DNA of 64,000 nt from a virus. The notes beneath the pieces were generated by a model. That model worked only from the letters and a program-made list of their open reading frames with translations, was not told the DNA's origin and ran no database searches. The position numbers were made by a program, and so were the translations under genes. Numbering within the stretch: position 1 is the first letter of the stretch; the number at the start of each line of letters is the position of its first letter. The DNA lies in the IMG/VR virus record IMGVR_UViG_3300016471_000988, positions 62,791 through 126,790 of that record; one strand, written 5' to 3'. Positions 28,154-38,614 of the stretch are shown piece after piece.

Positions 28154-28723
28154 CTAGTATAGCTTTATTACATTATAATTAACTGCAACTTCCACCATTG
28201 AGGGGCTTGTTAGGTTAGCTTGCAAGCTATAAAAAGGTGTATTACCGTTTACTGACGGAAAGCAATTTATAAGCAGCCCGGTTAAAGCAGGCACAACAGT
28301 AGAATTAAACGTCAAATTAACATTTTCTGGCCCGATGGTCATCCCAACAACAGGCAGCGTAATGACAACAGAATTACTAACAGTAGCACCAACCGGAAAC
28401 GTTAGCTGACCGCTTTGATAGAATATTTTACTATATTGAGATACAACGGTAGCACTCATACTAGCAGCCTTAGCATTAACGTAGTCTTGAATGGAGGTAG
28501 ATATGCTACGTGTAGTTGTTTGTAAGCTATTATTAGTGGTAATGATACCGCTACTTAAAGAAATCACCTCATTGTAAAAATTAACATTATCTGGGCCAAC
28601 AACAAAATTAGCAAAATCTATAGTTTGCGTACCTTTATCTGTCTCGACAAGCAATAAATCACCATTTTTAATTTCTTCTAAAACAGGTAACTCCTTAATA
28701 TTGACGTTAGTAATAACTGGCAT
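28154..28723 (-). CDS. Putative structural (tail/fibre-associated) protein, paralog A
   Basis: IKELP..EEIKNGDLLLVET N-terminus; AATAAATA (28730-28737) 6 nt upstream. Confidence 0.65.
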   Translation of the reverse strand: MPVITNVNIKELPVLEEIKNGDLLLVETDKGTQTIDFANFVVGPDNVNFYNEVISLSSGIITTNNSLQTTTRSISTSIQDYVNAKAASMSATVVSQYSKIFYQSGQLTFPVGATVSNSVVITLPVVGMTIGPENVNLTFNSTVVPALTGLLINCFPSVNGNTPFYSLQANLTSPSMVEVAVNYNVIKLY

Positions 28724-28783
28724 ATTGTTTATTTATTATTATCCATTATGTTGCAATACGTAAGATTGCTGTATAATATATGT

Positions 28784-29593
28784 GTGATAGGTGTCGGAAT
28801 AGTGACCTGTAATAGGCCGAGCTTCTTTCTTAGAAGCTTTAAGTCTATCCCTAAAGAATTAGAGCTTGTAGTTGTAAATGATGGTGCTGATTTTGAGGAT
28901 ATTGAACGCCTTAACAAGCAGCGCCCGTTTACATACATACACAATAGTACAAATGTGGGTGTCGGTAGATCTAAAAATAAGCTATTCAAAGTACTGCTCG
29001 ATAAAGGCTGTACAGATATCTTTATAGTAGAAGACGATATTATTGTAAAAAATGGTGATGTTTTTAATGAATATATAAGAGCAAGAAATATAACCGGTAT
29101 TCATCATTTTAATTTTGGTTACCATGGACCAGCCAACAAAAACGGTATTTCAGGAGGAGTGCCGGTTCCCAGATATGTCGTAGATTATGGTGAAATTAAA
29201 ATTGCATTTAATATGCATAGCGTCGGTGCTTTCTGTTACTATACAAAAGAAGTATTAACTGCTGTAGGACTGATTGATGAGGCGTATACAAACGCGTTTG
29301 AGCATGTAGACCATGATTATCGAATTTATAAAGCAGGGTACGGTACACCTTATTGGCATTTTCCAGATTTAGCTAATAGCACAGATTATTTAGATGAAAT
29401 AGAATGTTCAGAGGCTAGCAGTGCAATCAGACCTCGTGAAGACTGGCGCGACAATATTGTGAAAGGTGCAGAATTGTTTATTAAGAAACACGGGGTATCG
29501 CCTGCTTGGCAAAATTGTGTCCCTGATACCGGTGAACCTGAAGTTAGAAAACTATTAAAAGCCCTATACAAGAAAAACAAAACAACAAAATGA
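28784..29593 (+). CDS. Glycosyltransferase family 2
   Basis: IGVGIVTCNRP; VVNDG; IVEDD; EHVD. GTG 28784 is 6 nt after TATAAT. Confidence 0.85.
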   Translation: MIGVGIVTCNRPSFFLRSFKSIPKELELVVVNDGADFEDIERLNKQRPFTYIHNSTNVGVGRSKNKLFKVLLDKGCTDIFIVEDDIIVKNGDVFNEYIRARNITGIHHFNFGYHGPANKNGISGGVPVPRYVVDYGEIKIAFNMHSVGAFCYYTKEVLTAVGLIDEAYTNAFEHVDHDYRIYKAGYGTPYWHFPDLANSTDYLDEIECSEASSAIRPREDWRDNIVKGAELFIKKHGVSPAWQNCVPDTGEPEVRKLLKALYKKNKTTK

Positions 29594-30237
29594 GTGATAT
29601 TCTATTAGATTGTGGTACTAATTTTTGTCAAGGTCTTCAGACTCAAATTAATAACCTAGAGATAGATAAGGACTGGAAGATACATTGTTTTGAAGCAAAC
29701 CCCTATACATATGCACATACCAAGAATATTATAAATAAAAATTTTAATCATCTAGATATTACGCTGCACAACAAAGCAGTTTGGGTGAGGAACTGCGTAC
29801 GTAAGATGACTGTTGAATATAATGATCAAGATTGCCTGCAGCATATAGCAACAAATAATGGGTTTTCGTTGACAGATTTAAATTTGAATAAGGAGGATGC
29901 TTTCTGGGTCGGTGGTGCTAGTAATATAATGGAAGAGAATTTTTTACCAACTGAAAGCGTGGGTCAGGTTAAGGAGCAGACTGTGGATGTAGGTTGTATT
30001 GATCTTTCTGAATTTATTAATAAAACTTTTTCAAAAGACGATGTAATTTATATTAAAATGGATATTGAGGGTGCGGAATATTCAGTTCTAAATAAATTAA
30101 TAAAGACCGGGGCTATAGATAATGTAAGAAAAATAACTATAGAGTGGCATAACCATTTATTAAAGGAGCAATACGATCAACAATACCTCGAAAAGGAAAT
30201 AGAAAAAAGAGGTATTGAATTAATACCGTGGCATTAA
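29590..30237 (+). CDS. FkbM-family methyltransferase
   Basis: LDCGTN; FEANP; KMDIEGAEY; IEWH. Confidence 0.85.
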   Translation: MSDILLDCGTNFCQGLQTQINNLEIDKDWKIHCFEANPYTYAHTKNIINKNFNHLDITLHNKAVWVRNCVRKMTVEYNDQDCLQHIATNNGFSLTDLNLNKEDAFWVGGASNIMEENFLPTESVGQVKEQTVDVGCIDLSEFINKTFSKDDVIYIKMDIEGAEYSVLNKLIKTGAIDNVRKITIEWHNHLLKEQYDQQYLEKEIEKRGIELIPWH

Positions 30238-30239
30238 AA

Positions 30240-31067
30240 ATGAAACGAATAGCCCTTGGCGTTAATTTGTTTGGTACATCAAATCGTACGGATTTGTGTA
30301 TAGAATCTATTTTGAAATGTCAAAATAAGCATACAAATATAGATCTATTTAACATACAATTTAAACAACCAGCGAAATTTAGATCTCATGATAGTTTTAA
30401 GCTATTAAATGTACTAGAAAAAAGTAATCAAGATGTAATTAAGTCGCCTTCTACTAAGATAATTCCCCTAATGAGCGAGCTATTCGATAGGTTAGCGGAG
30501 CTAGATTATGAATATTTCTGCTTTACAAACGATGATATCATTTTATCTAACAGGTATTTTGAATTTATTAATAATACTAATTACGACTGCTACCCGGCCT
30601 CGAGACAAGCTATCCAACCAATTACATCTCTAGATCATTCTAAAATTGTCGGCGAACATTACCAGGTTGCAGGTTTTGATACCTTCTGTATTAGAACCGA
30701 TTGGTGGAGAAAGAATACTCATAGGTTTCCTGATTATATTCTCGGGCATCCATGCTGGGATGTTCATTATGCAACCTTATGTATGAGGTTTGGCACATCG
30801 ACTTTGTGCAATAAGTGGCCGCCACCTACTTTCCATATAGTTCACGGTGATGCTTCGCACGATCCAAGCCCTGAGAGAGATCATAATTTTAGTTTATACT
30901 GGAAACCTCATAAGTTTGATGTCGATATGTGGCATAACTATCTTTTTAAGGTCTTACTAAGGCGTCCTGGCGAAAATTACATGACCCCTCATTCTGATGA
31001 AGAACAATTAGAAAAACAATATTTTAGTGATGATTGGTTTAAAGATAACTACCAATCCTACCAATAA
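30240..31067 (+). CDS. Putative glycosyltransferase-like protein
   Basis: FTNDDII (DxD-like); located in the glycan island. Confidence 0.5.
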   Translation: MKRIALGVNLFGTSNRTDLCIESILKCQNKHTNIDLFNIQFKQPAKFRSHDSFKLLNVLEKSNQDVIKSPSTKIIPLMSELFDRLAELDYEYFCFTNDDIILSNRYFEFINNTNYDCYPASRQAIQPITSLDHSKIVGEHYQVAGFDTFCIRTDWWRKNTHRFPDYILGHPCWDVHYATLCMRFGTSTLCNKWPPPTFHIVHGDASHDPSPERDHNFSLYWKPHKFDVDMWHNYLFKVLLRRPGENYMTPHSDEEQLEKQYFSDDWFKDNYQSYQ

Positions 31068-31918
31068 CAACCACCTTCAATTTGTCTGTACCCGCTTGGA
31101 ATTTCCGCTTCACTGGGCCGAATCCAATAATCATTAAAAAATGAGCCTATAATTTTATTTCCATCCCACCTACCACCTTTAATACCAAAAAGTATTTGAA
31201 GCGGCCCACCTAAATGAATTGCCTTTTTACCTAAATTTTTAGCGTGCGAGGCTAAAGGCAGCGAGGAAGCACCAGTCCCAATAAGAGCAGCATCAAAATC
31301 AATTTTTTCCATCTTACTCTTTAGGTCATTAATCATATCATTCCATGAGCCATAATTATTATTATTAGTAGAAATAGCTTTGCTTGTTGGATGATATAGC
31401 GTTAACAATTCAAATTCAGGAAGAAGATTATTTTCCCATACTAAATTTCTACGTGCATATTGGGCTTTTATTGACTCAACGAAAGGAGAAATTACGAGTA
31501 CTCTTTTATTTTTTAAAAACTTTGTCCACGGGATTCCTGAATAATAGGGTTCTAGCGAGCCTAGATCAGCTAAGATACAATCCGGTGATCTACTCTTAAT
31601 AAACCTTCTTTCAAAATCACTGAGACCGCCATTCCACGCTGCTAACAAATCGCTATTTGCAACTGCCTTTTCTAACTCCTGACAAAAGCTGACCCGCGCA
31701 TATTCAGTTTGGGGAAAGACACCAGCATTAACATATATCTCTTTCTCGACAACAGGGCTCCATTGAATAGGTGTCTGCTTATGGTGTAACGCTAATTGGT
31801 AGTTGTACACACACATTAATTCGGCATTGCCAATTTTGCCACAACACACTGGATCAGGCGATTTGAATAAATCATACAGTTTAATCGCGCTGTCTAGAAA
31901 ATTTAATACATCAAACAT
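31058..31918 (-). CDS. GT-D fold (DUF1792-like) glycosyltransferase
   Basis: KRVLVISPF; ALIGTGA; AIHLGG; FGIKGGRWD. Confidence 0.7.
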   Translation of the reverse strand: MFDVLNFLDSAIKLYDLFKSPDPVCCGKIGNAELMCVYNYQLALHHKQTPIQWSPVVEKEIYVNAGVFPQTEYARVSFCQELEKAVANSDLLAAWNGGLSDFERRFIKSRSPDCILADLGSLEPYYSGIPWTKFLKNKRVLVISPFVESIKAQYARRNLVWENNLLPEFELLTLYHPTSKAISTNNNNYGSWNDMINDLKSKMEKIDFDAALIGTGASSLPLASHAKNLGKKAIHLGGPLQILFGIKGGRWDGNKIIGSFFNDYWIRPSEAEIPSGYRQIEGGCYW

Positions 31919-31955
31919 ATCTTGAAATATACGATTTAGATTATACTATATATAA

Positions 31956-32660
31956 GTGAAAATCAAGGCTTATACTTTATTCACAGATTCACATAAAAAG
32001 TTTCTAACAGATTATTTTTTACCTACGTTCCCTTTCAGGAAAGAAATTGAGCTAACAGTTCTTCATAGACCACAACATTGCAAAACAGCGCTGTTTGAGA
32101 CTGATGGCTGGAAGGATACGATGAGGGACAAAACTACATGTTTTTACGAAAAACTTCAAGAATGTAAAGATGGAGAGGTTTTTATGTTTATTGACCCAGA
32201 TATACAATTTTTTGGCGATTTTTATGATGATATAATATCAAGAATACAGCACATAGACGTACTGTGGCAGAATGATGTTATTGGCGGTGTTAATACAGGA
32301 TTCTTCGCGGTAAAGAATAATAAGCGAACAAGATCTTTTTTTAAGACGTTACTTGGTAATCTCGAATCAAAGGACTTCAGTCAAGAGCAAGTACTAGCAA
32401 ATTATTTGCTACAAAATGCCAGTCTATATCCATCAATAGCTATTGACTGGGCATTTCTTCCAGAATCATATTGGACATATGGGTGGGTTGCTGCTAGTGC
32501 AGATCCTCGAACCGGCGCGTGTAGGGGTGGTTGGAAGCCAGACTCACTAGACTTTGATATACCTAAAAATATAATTATCCATCACGCAAACTGGACGGGT
32601 GGAATAGACAATAAGCTAGCCTTGCTTAATATAGTAAAAGAAAAATATGCACGACTTTAA
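31956..32660 (+). CDS. Nucleotide-diphospho-sugar transferase (GT77-like)
   Basis: FIDPDIQF; NTGFF; EQ; HHANW. Confidence 0.8.
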   Translation: MKIKAYTLFTDSHKKFLTDYFLPTFPFRKEIELTVLHRPQHCKTALFETDGWKDTMRDKTTCFYEKLQECKDGEVFMFIDPDIQFFGDFYDDIISRIQHIDVLWQNDVIGGVNTGFFAVKNNKRTRSFFKTLLGNLESKDFSQEQVLANYLLQNASLYPSIAIDWAFLPESYWTYGWVAASADPRTGACRGGWKPDSLDFDIPKNIIIHHANWTGGIDNKLALLNIVKEKYARL

Positions 32661-33513
32661 AGACCTAAGAATTACCCCAACTTATTCACCATACCCACCG
32701 TATCATACCGGTCCATATATGGAAGAGTTTTTTTATAATTTTTATAAAAAAAATAAAGAAGATTTTGATAGAACTGAAATTACCCTAATTCCAATTTTCT
32801 GGACTAACCTATACATTGCCGGGGTACCAGATGATATTATCCAAGAGTATATAGATGTATTACCTAAAGATAAAAAATACTTTACATTATGTCAATTTGA
32901 CGACGGCATACATCACACTTTACCGAAACATACTATTAATTTTGTTGCTGGTGGCAATAAGGAGGGAATCCCCGTTCCCTTAATCTGCTCACCTATTCCT
33001 GATAGCTACATCGATAAAACATTGTCTAAAGATATATTTTGTTCTTTTGTTGGAACATGTCTTAATACCGACAAATATTCATGCCGTTTGAAGTTATATG
33101 AAGAATATGGCCAGGATAATCAATTTTATTTCAATGAAAAGCGCCCATGGGATCGTATTGTAACTAGAACTCAGTTTGAAGAGTTTTGCAATATTACGCA
33201 GCGATCAACATTCACATTATGCCCGCGGGGATACGGTCTTCAGAGCTTCCGTATATATGAGGCTTTACAACTTAATAGTATACCTGTTTTTGTTTACAAC
33301 AAACCATTCTTTCCGTTTTGCGATAAAATAAATTGGAATGAATTTTGTGTTAAGATTCATGAGAGTGAGATACCAAGTTTAAAGGAAAAATTACAAAGTT
33401 ATAGTGAAAAAGAGATTATGGATATGTTGAAAAAGGGTAAAGAGGTATATAAACAATACTTTACCATGGAGGGTATGAGCACACAAATCCTAGAAAAGCT
33501 AAGCAATTTATGA
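32647..33513 (+). CDS. Exostosin-family (GT47-like) glycosyltransferase
   Basis: SFVG; FTLCPRGYG; FRIYEAL; IPV. Confidence 0.82.
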   Translation: MHDFKDLRITPTYSPYPPYHTGPYMEEFFYNFYKKNKEDFDRTEITLIPIFWTNLYIAGVPDDIIQEYIDVLPKDKKYFTLCQFDDGIHHTLPKHTINFVAGGNKEGIPVPLICSPIPDSYIDKTLSKDIFCSFVGTCLNTDKYSCRLKLYEEYGQDNQFYFNEKRPWDRIVTRTQFEEFCNITQRSTFTLCPRGYGLQSFRIYEALQLNSIPVFVYNKPFFPFCDKINWNEFCVKIHESEIPSLKEKLQSYSEKEIMDMLKKGKEVYKQYFTMEGMSTQILEKLSNL

Positions 33514-34271
33514 AGAAATATCTATTTGTAATAGCCCGGTATAATGACGTGCGTCAAAATTGGTTTGACGAGAAAATATCTCCACGAAACCGCGAGTATT
33601 GTGAGCGTCACGGGTTTAAGTATATTGAAGTTCGTGGTGAGCATCAAGTAGAGTCTTTTCGCAATAACCCTACGTGGTGGAAGTTTACTATTGTTAGAGA
33701 TGCTATAAGGGCTAATAAAATTGTTGACGGCGATATAGTCACACATTTAGACGCGGACATGTACATTGTCAAACCTGAGTGCGAGTATAGAACTAATAAG
33801 AGTTTTTCCTATTCTATTGACAACGGTAATACACATTGTATGGGCAATTATACTATACAGGTAAACGAATGGTCTCGGGCGATGCTAGATAACATTCTAA
33901 GTGAGGAAAGATATCAAAAATTAAAAGATGTTGAATCGCTGCATATAGCGTTTAACGAATATTCGAGCTTTTGGAGTCATTTTCGCGAGCAAGCCTCATG
34001 GTATTCCCTTGCGGGTATAAAGAGACATTCGTGGGAGCCTTTCCTGAAAATGCCTAATTTTGGATTTCATTCAGATAAAACAAAAGATACTTTATATACC
34101 TTAGAAGAGCTCCATAAGCATGTTGAAGTAAGACCTGCATCCTGGAACGTAACTCATGACTACGAAAGTACAGATAGATTCAATATTAATAAGGTAGAAG
34201 ATAAAGATGTAATAATACGCCATTTTGCTGGTGGTCAATATTGGGATGTTGAAAAATGGACAAAAATTTAA
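33510..34271 (+). CDS. GT34 (GMA12/MNN10)-like glycosyltransferase
   Basis: YCERHGF; WWK; HLDAD; EQ; HFAG. Confidence 0.7.
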   Translation: MKKYLFVIARYNDVRQNWFDEKISPRNREYCERHGFKYIEVRGEHQVESFRNNPTWWKFTIVRDAIRANKIVDGDIVTHLDADMYIVKPECEYRTNKSFSYSIDNGNTHCMGNYTIQVNEWSRAMLDNILSEERYQKLKDVESLHIAFNEYSSFWSHFREQASWYSLAGIKRHSWEPFLKMPNFGFHSDKTKDTLYTLEELHKHVEVRPASWNVTHDYESTDRFNINKVEDKDVIIRHFAGGQYWDVEKWTKI

Positions 34272-35308
34272 TTATTGACCCCGTAGGTAATTTTGTTACA
34301 GCAAATAATATGTTTGCACCGGCAGATTATTTTTGTGAAGATGTACTAGCAGTTCAGGAGAATGATGTTGGTTTTTTCTGCAAGCGATCAGCCGACATAA
34401 ACATTCAGCAAATTAAAGATAGATACGGTATTACACCTGTAACAGTAGAAGACTTTAAAAAGGAATATAACAAAATTGTTATATGTTATCCAGTCAACAC
34501 AATAGACGACCCTGGCACGTCGGTATGGGATCCAATGTACGATAACAAGGAAGACAGCAGAATTCCTATTAAAAGATACTTTACATATCTTGCAGATATA
34601 ATTAGTAAATTGAAATATAATCATATTATTTTTCTAGATTATCACGACCGTGCTGTAACATCTGAAGGAGAAAAATGGTTAAGTAAAAATTTTCCCTCTT
34701 ATTCAGGAATTTTTAAACGCGAATATAGACGGACGCACACGTATGATTATTCAGAAAAAGTATTTCCATTCCCGTTTTTAATGTTCGGAAACACTCCAAA
34801 AAATTCTTGTTGGAAGCTTTTTGAAGAGCGAACACACGGTAATAGGGGTGTAAACGAATGTGTATGGCCAGGCGGTGGATATGTCTATACACCGCCTGGT
34901 AAGCGGGATGAATGGTGTGGGAGACAGACGTTGTTAGATCGTATAGCACCAGCAATACACTTTACAACAGCGCAAGGTGAATCTTTTTTTGAGCTTTTTA
35001 ATACGTTTAAATTCTGGCTTCATACTAATGGCTCTGGCCATCTTTGCAAAAGGTTTTATGAAGGTCTTTCTCGAGATTCTTTAATGATGATGGAAAGTAT
35101 GGATATAGTCTTTCCCTTTGATAGTGGTGATTTTTTTGCTGAAGAATGTGTATTCAGATACCCGAAAGAATTTTTTTATAAACTAAACATTTTACAAAAT
35201 GATGATAATGAATATAATAGATGTAAATCTCAGCAAGAGTATATTTTACGTAAATACTTCAATTATAAGTGGATTAATGAGTATGTTGATGGTAAAATAA
35301 ATCAATGA
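34256..35308 (+). CDS. Putative glycosyltransferase-like protein
   Basis: FKREY; GHLCKRFYEGL resembles GT-B C-terminal motifs; island context. Confidence 0.5.
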   Translation: MDKNLIIDPVGNFVTANNMFAPADYFCEDVLAVQENDVGFFCKRSADINIQQIKDRYGITPVTVEDFKKEYNKIVICYPVNTIDDPGTSVWDPMYDNKEDSRIPIKRYFTYLADIISKLKYNHIIFLDYHDRAVTSEGEKWLSKNFPSYSGIFKREYRRTHTYDYSEKVFPFPFLMFGNTPKNSCWKLFEERTHGNRGVNECVWPGGGYVYTPPGKRDEWCGRQTLLDRIAPAIHFTTAQGESFFELFNTFKFWLHTNGSGHLCKRFYEGLSRDSLMMMESMDIVFPFDSGDFFAEECVFRYPKEFFYKLNILQNDDNEYNRCKSQQEYILRKYFNYKWINEYVDGKINQ

Positions 35309-36000
35309 TAGATAATGTCTATGTTATTCATTACACTAAACTAACTGAGCGGAAGAAAAGTATTAATGCTTTTGCTAATGAGTTTAATTGCCCAGTTCAT
35401 TTTGTTGAGAAATGTGATAGAGAAGAATTAACACCGCAAACTGTACAAGGTGTTTATGAGCCAGACCCAGTACGGTTTGAATCAAAGATAGCACCGTTAT
35501 GGGATAAAAATGCACATCGATTTAGACACTTAACACCTGGAGAGATTTCTGTAGCGATTAAGCAATTGCTTGCTGTTAAAAGTATTGCCGACAGCGGAAA
35601 ATGCGGCTTAATTCTAGAGGATGATGCATTACCTATACAAGAAAATTTTCTACCTAGCATAAATAGGGTGCTCGAACATCTTCCAAATGGCTGGGATGTG
35701 GTGTTTATAGGTGAAGGCTGTGGAGTACAAGAAATAAACCGAAAAATAAACGACAACAAGCTTGAAGTAGTTAATGGTGTATGCAAAGCAAAGCACCCAG
35801 CTACTAATTGTGCAGAAGCTTATATCATAAAACCCGAAGTAGCAAAACAAATCTATAAAACCGCCCTCCCATTTCAACTCGCATACGATTGGGAGCTTGC
35901 ACATACAATTTACATATTAAATCTAAATGCATATTGGGCTGTGCCGCCAATATTCACACAAGGATCTAAAAACGGTACTTTTGCCTCTGCCTTAAGATGA
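35305..36000 (+). CDS. Glycosyltransferase family 25
   Basis: YVIH...ERK; LILEDDA; WDVVFIG; AYII. Confidence 0.8.
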   Translation: MIDNVYVIHYTKLTERKKSINAFANEFNCPVHFVEKCDREELTPQTVQGVYEPDPVRFESKIAPLWDKNAHRFRHLTPGEISVAIKQLLAVKSIADSGKCGLILEDDALPIQENFLPSINRVLEHLPNGWDVVFIGEGCGVQEINRKINDNKLEVVNGVCKAKHPATNCAEAYIIKPEVAKQIYKTALPFQLAYDWELAHTIYILNLNAYWAVPPIFTQGSKNGTFASALR

Positions 36001-36926
36001 TACCTTTAAAAATAGCATTTGCAGATATGTGGGGTTATGATGACCCAACCCCTACAGGGATATATTCTTATTTTTTTAATCCTTATGACAATTATTTTAC
36101 AGATCTGTTTTCGCAAAAATTTAATGTACAAATAACGAATAATAATCCTGATTTATTAATCTATAGTGTTTTTGGAAATAGCTACAAACGTTTTAAATGT
36201 AAGAAGCTTCTTTTTTCGGGTGAAAATTTACGAGCAGGCAAGGGAGAGATCTCTCATTATAATGATTCTACTGTAACTCTTTCACACTATGAAGATGAGC
36301 AAAAAGAGGTTTTTATGCCGCTCTGGGTACTACATACAAATTGGTTTAATAAACCTCAACCACGGCCGCTACCATGCAATCCTACATATAGCATTACGCT
36401 TAATAAGATATCTACTAACAGAGAGAGGTTTCTTAAAGATAGAAAGTTCTGTTGCTTCATAAACAATAACGTAATCGAAGATAGAATTAAATTGTTTGAG
36501 GCTCTTCACAAGCGCGAACAAATAGATTCATATGGAAATTTAATGAATAATGTGGGTTGTAGTCTGCGCGGATCACAATACGACAAAGTAAAACTGCTCG
36601 AAAAATATAAGTTTAATATTGCCTTTGAAAATAGTTACCATAAAGGGTATAATACAGAAAAAATTATTGAGCCTTTTGAGTCTGGCTGTATTCCTCTATA
36701 TAATGGCGGCGAACAAGTTCGCACCTATTTTAATAAGGAAAGCTTTCTCTATTTAAAAGACTACAGTAATTATGATGATTATATTAACGAAATTATAAAA
36801 ATTAATAATAACAAAGATTTATACGAACATAAATTGCTTCAGAATCCTTTGAATGAGGAAAACATTAACCGAGATTTTAGCCCTTCCGTTGTATTAGAAA
36901 AAATACTAACTAAACTTAATCTATGA
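35997..36926 (+). CDS. Alpha-1,3-fucosyltransferase-like (GT10)
   Basis: SGEN; RIKLFEAL; YKFNIAFENSYHKGYNTEKI. Confidence 0.87.
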   Translation: MIPLKIAFADMWGYDDPTPTGIYSYFFNPYDNYFTDLFSQKFNVQITNNNPDLLIYSVFGNSYKRFKCKKLLFSGENLRAGKGEISHYNDSTVTLSHYEDEQKEVFMPLWVLHTNWFNKPQPRPLPCNPTYSITLNKISTNRERFLKDRKFCCFINNNVIEDRIKLFEALHKREQIDSYGNLMNNVGCSLRGSQYDKVKLLEKYKFNIAFENSYHKGYNTEKIIEPFESGCIPLYNGGEQVRTYFNKESFLYLKDYSNYDDYINEIIKINNNKDLYEHKLLQNPLNEENINRDFSPSVVLEKILTKLNL

Positions 36927-37885
36927 AGCGTATAGGGTTTTATCAACCACATTTAGATATCCAGGGCACCGGGGTAAGTTATTTTGATTATGCATTTTAT
37001 AATGAAAAGATTCTTAATAACAAATCTATTATGTTTTATGATGCGCAGCACCCAGCTACTCACCCATTGGCGAAAGAAAAATTCGAAAAGGCTATTGAAA
37101 CTATACCCCTCCCGGGAACAGAAAATATGAACGCGCTTAAACAAGCGTGCAAAGATTATGAAATAGATGCTCTGTATATACAAAAATGTGGGCGTCCAAA
37201 CGACGGGCGCTTTATAGATACAGTACCAACATTTATTCACGTAGTAGGTGTATGTAATGAACCACACGGAACAGTGTACGCATATGTTAGCAAATGGCTT
37301 AGTCAGCATTGTAGCAACGAAACACTACCATACGTTTCTTATATAATTAGATTGCCAGAAACAGATAAAAATTTTCGCGACACTCTTAATATTCCATCTG
37401 ATGCTGTTGTTTTCGGAAGAACAGGGGGCCCATATTCGTGGAATATACCGTTTGTGAATGATGTAATAAAAAAAGTACTAGAGCAAAATAAGAACTACTA
37501 TTTTATTTTTGCAAATACCCAGCCGTTTATAACTCATGAGAGAGTTAAGTTTGTTGAGCCATTTGCAGATCTACTTATTAAACGAAGATTCATCAACACG
37601 TGTAATGCAATGATACACGCGCGACAGGAAGGTGAGTCTTTTGGTGCAGCAATAGGTGAATTTTCTTTATGCAACAAGCCTGTTATTACCTATAGGTTAT
37701 CGCCAGAAAAAAGCCATTTACAAATTCTTGGAGATAAGGGCATATATTATGAAGATGCCCAATCTTTAGAAAAGGCAATTAACAACATACAGACACAACT
37801 ACACGGCGACTATAATGCGTACAAAAACTTTACCCCTGAAAAGGTTATGTATCATTTCAATAAAGTTTTTATAAGTAAAATTTAA
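36923..37885 (+). CDS. GT-B (GT4-like) glycosyltransferase
   Basis: GTGVSYFDYA; FGRTGG; HARQEGESFG; KPVIT. Confidence 0.75.
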   Translation: MKRIGFYQPHLDIQGTGVSYFDYAFYNEKILNNKSIMFYDAQHPATHPLAKEKFEKAIETIPLPGTENMNALKQACKDYEIDALYIQKCGRPNDGRFIDTVPTFIHVVGVCNEPHGTVYAYVSKWLSQHCSNETLPYVSYIIRLPETDKNFRDTLNIPSDAVVFGRTGGPYSWNIPFVNDVIKKVLEQNKNYYFIFANTQPFITHERVKFVEPFADLLIKRRFINTCNAMIHARQEGESFGAAIGEFSLCNKPVITYRLSPEKSHLQILGDKGIYYEDAQSLEKAINNIQTQLHGDYNAYKNFTPEKVMYHFNKVFISKI

Positions 37886-38613
37886 TGAAGCCGGTTATTA
37901 TTAAACAGTCTAGAGGGCTAGGCGATATATTGTTTTGCCAGAAAATTGCCCATCAATTTATTCAAAAAGGTCACCCAGTTATTTGGCCAGTTTTTGACCC
38001 GTACTACCATATCAAGGAATATTTGACAGGGCCGCTGTTTGTAAGTGAGGATGTTGATTTTCCTTTCAAGCAGCACTACGGTGCATGTGGGTATGGGCAA
38101 CAAATGGACACGGAGGAATGTACGGTTATATGCCTAGACGGGGCCTCGAGCCCAGGTCTGGGAACGATGAGATCGAAATATAAGCTTGTTGACATAGATT
38201 ACCGTGATTGGGATGATTTTTTGAATATTAAACGAAATAAAGAAAGAGAACAACAACTTATAGATCGATTAAATCTGCCAGAAAAATTTATTCTCGTTAA
38301 CAAGTATTTTGGAACACCCCCGATGTGCCTATCGGTAAATGAACGTGTTGCACCAGTAACAGATTTGCCTATTGTACAGCTTGATTTAACGCTGGGACGT
38401 CCTTTTGATTGGATGGGTGTATTTGAGAGAGCTGCGGAAATACATTCTGTTGAAACAGCTTTTTGTTATATTATCCAGGCTATGAAAAGAACGGAGAAAG
38501 TGTTTATTTACCCGCGCTGGCTAAACGCTGATGATACACGCGTTGATTTTGACTACTGTAGAGACTATTTTAAAAGAGAGTGGACTTTCTACGGAGAGCA
38601 GATACATTTATAA
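37885..38613 (+). CDS. Putative glycosyltransferase-like protein
   Basis: QSRGLGDILF start as in GT9/GT11-like proteins; island context. Confidence 0.5.
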   Translation: MKPVIIKQSRGLGDILFCQKIAHQFIQKGHPVIWPVFDPYYHIKEYLTGPLFVSEDVDFPFKQHYGACGYGQQMDTEECTVICLDGASSPGLGTMRSKYKLVDIDYRDWDDFLNIKRNKEREQQLIDRLNLPEKFILVNKYFGTPPMCLSVNERVAPVTDLPIVQLDLTLGRPFDWMGVFERAAEIHSVETAFCYIIQAMKRTEKVFIYPRWLNADDTRVDFDYCRDYFKREWTFYGEQIHL

Positions 38614-38614
38614 T

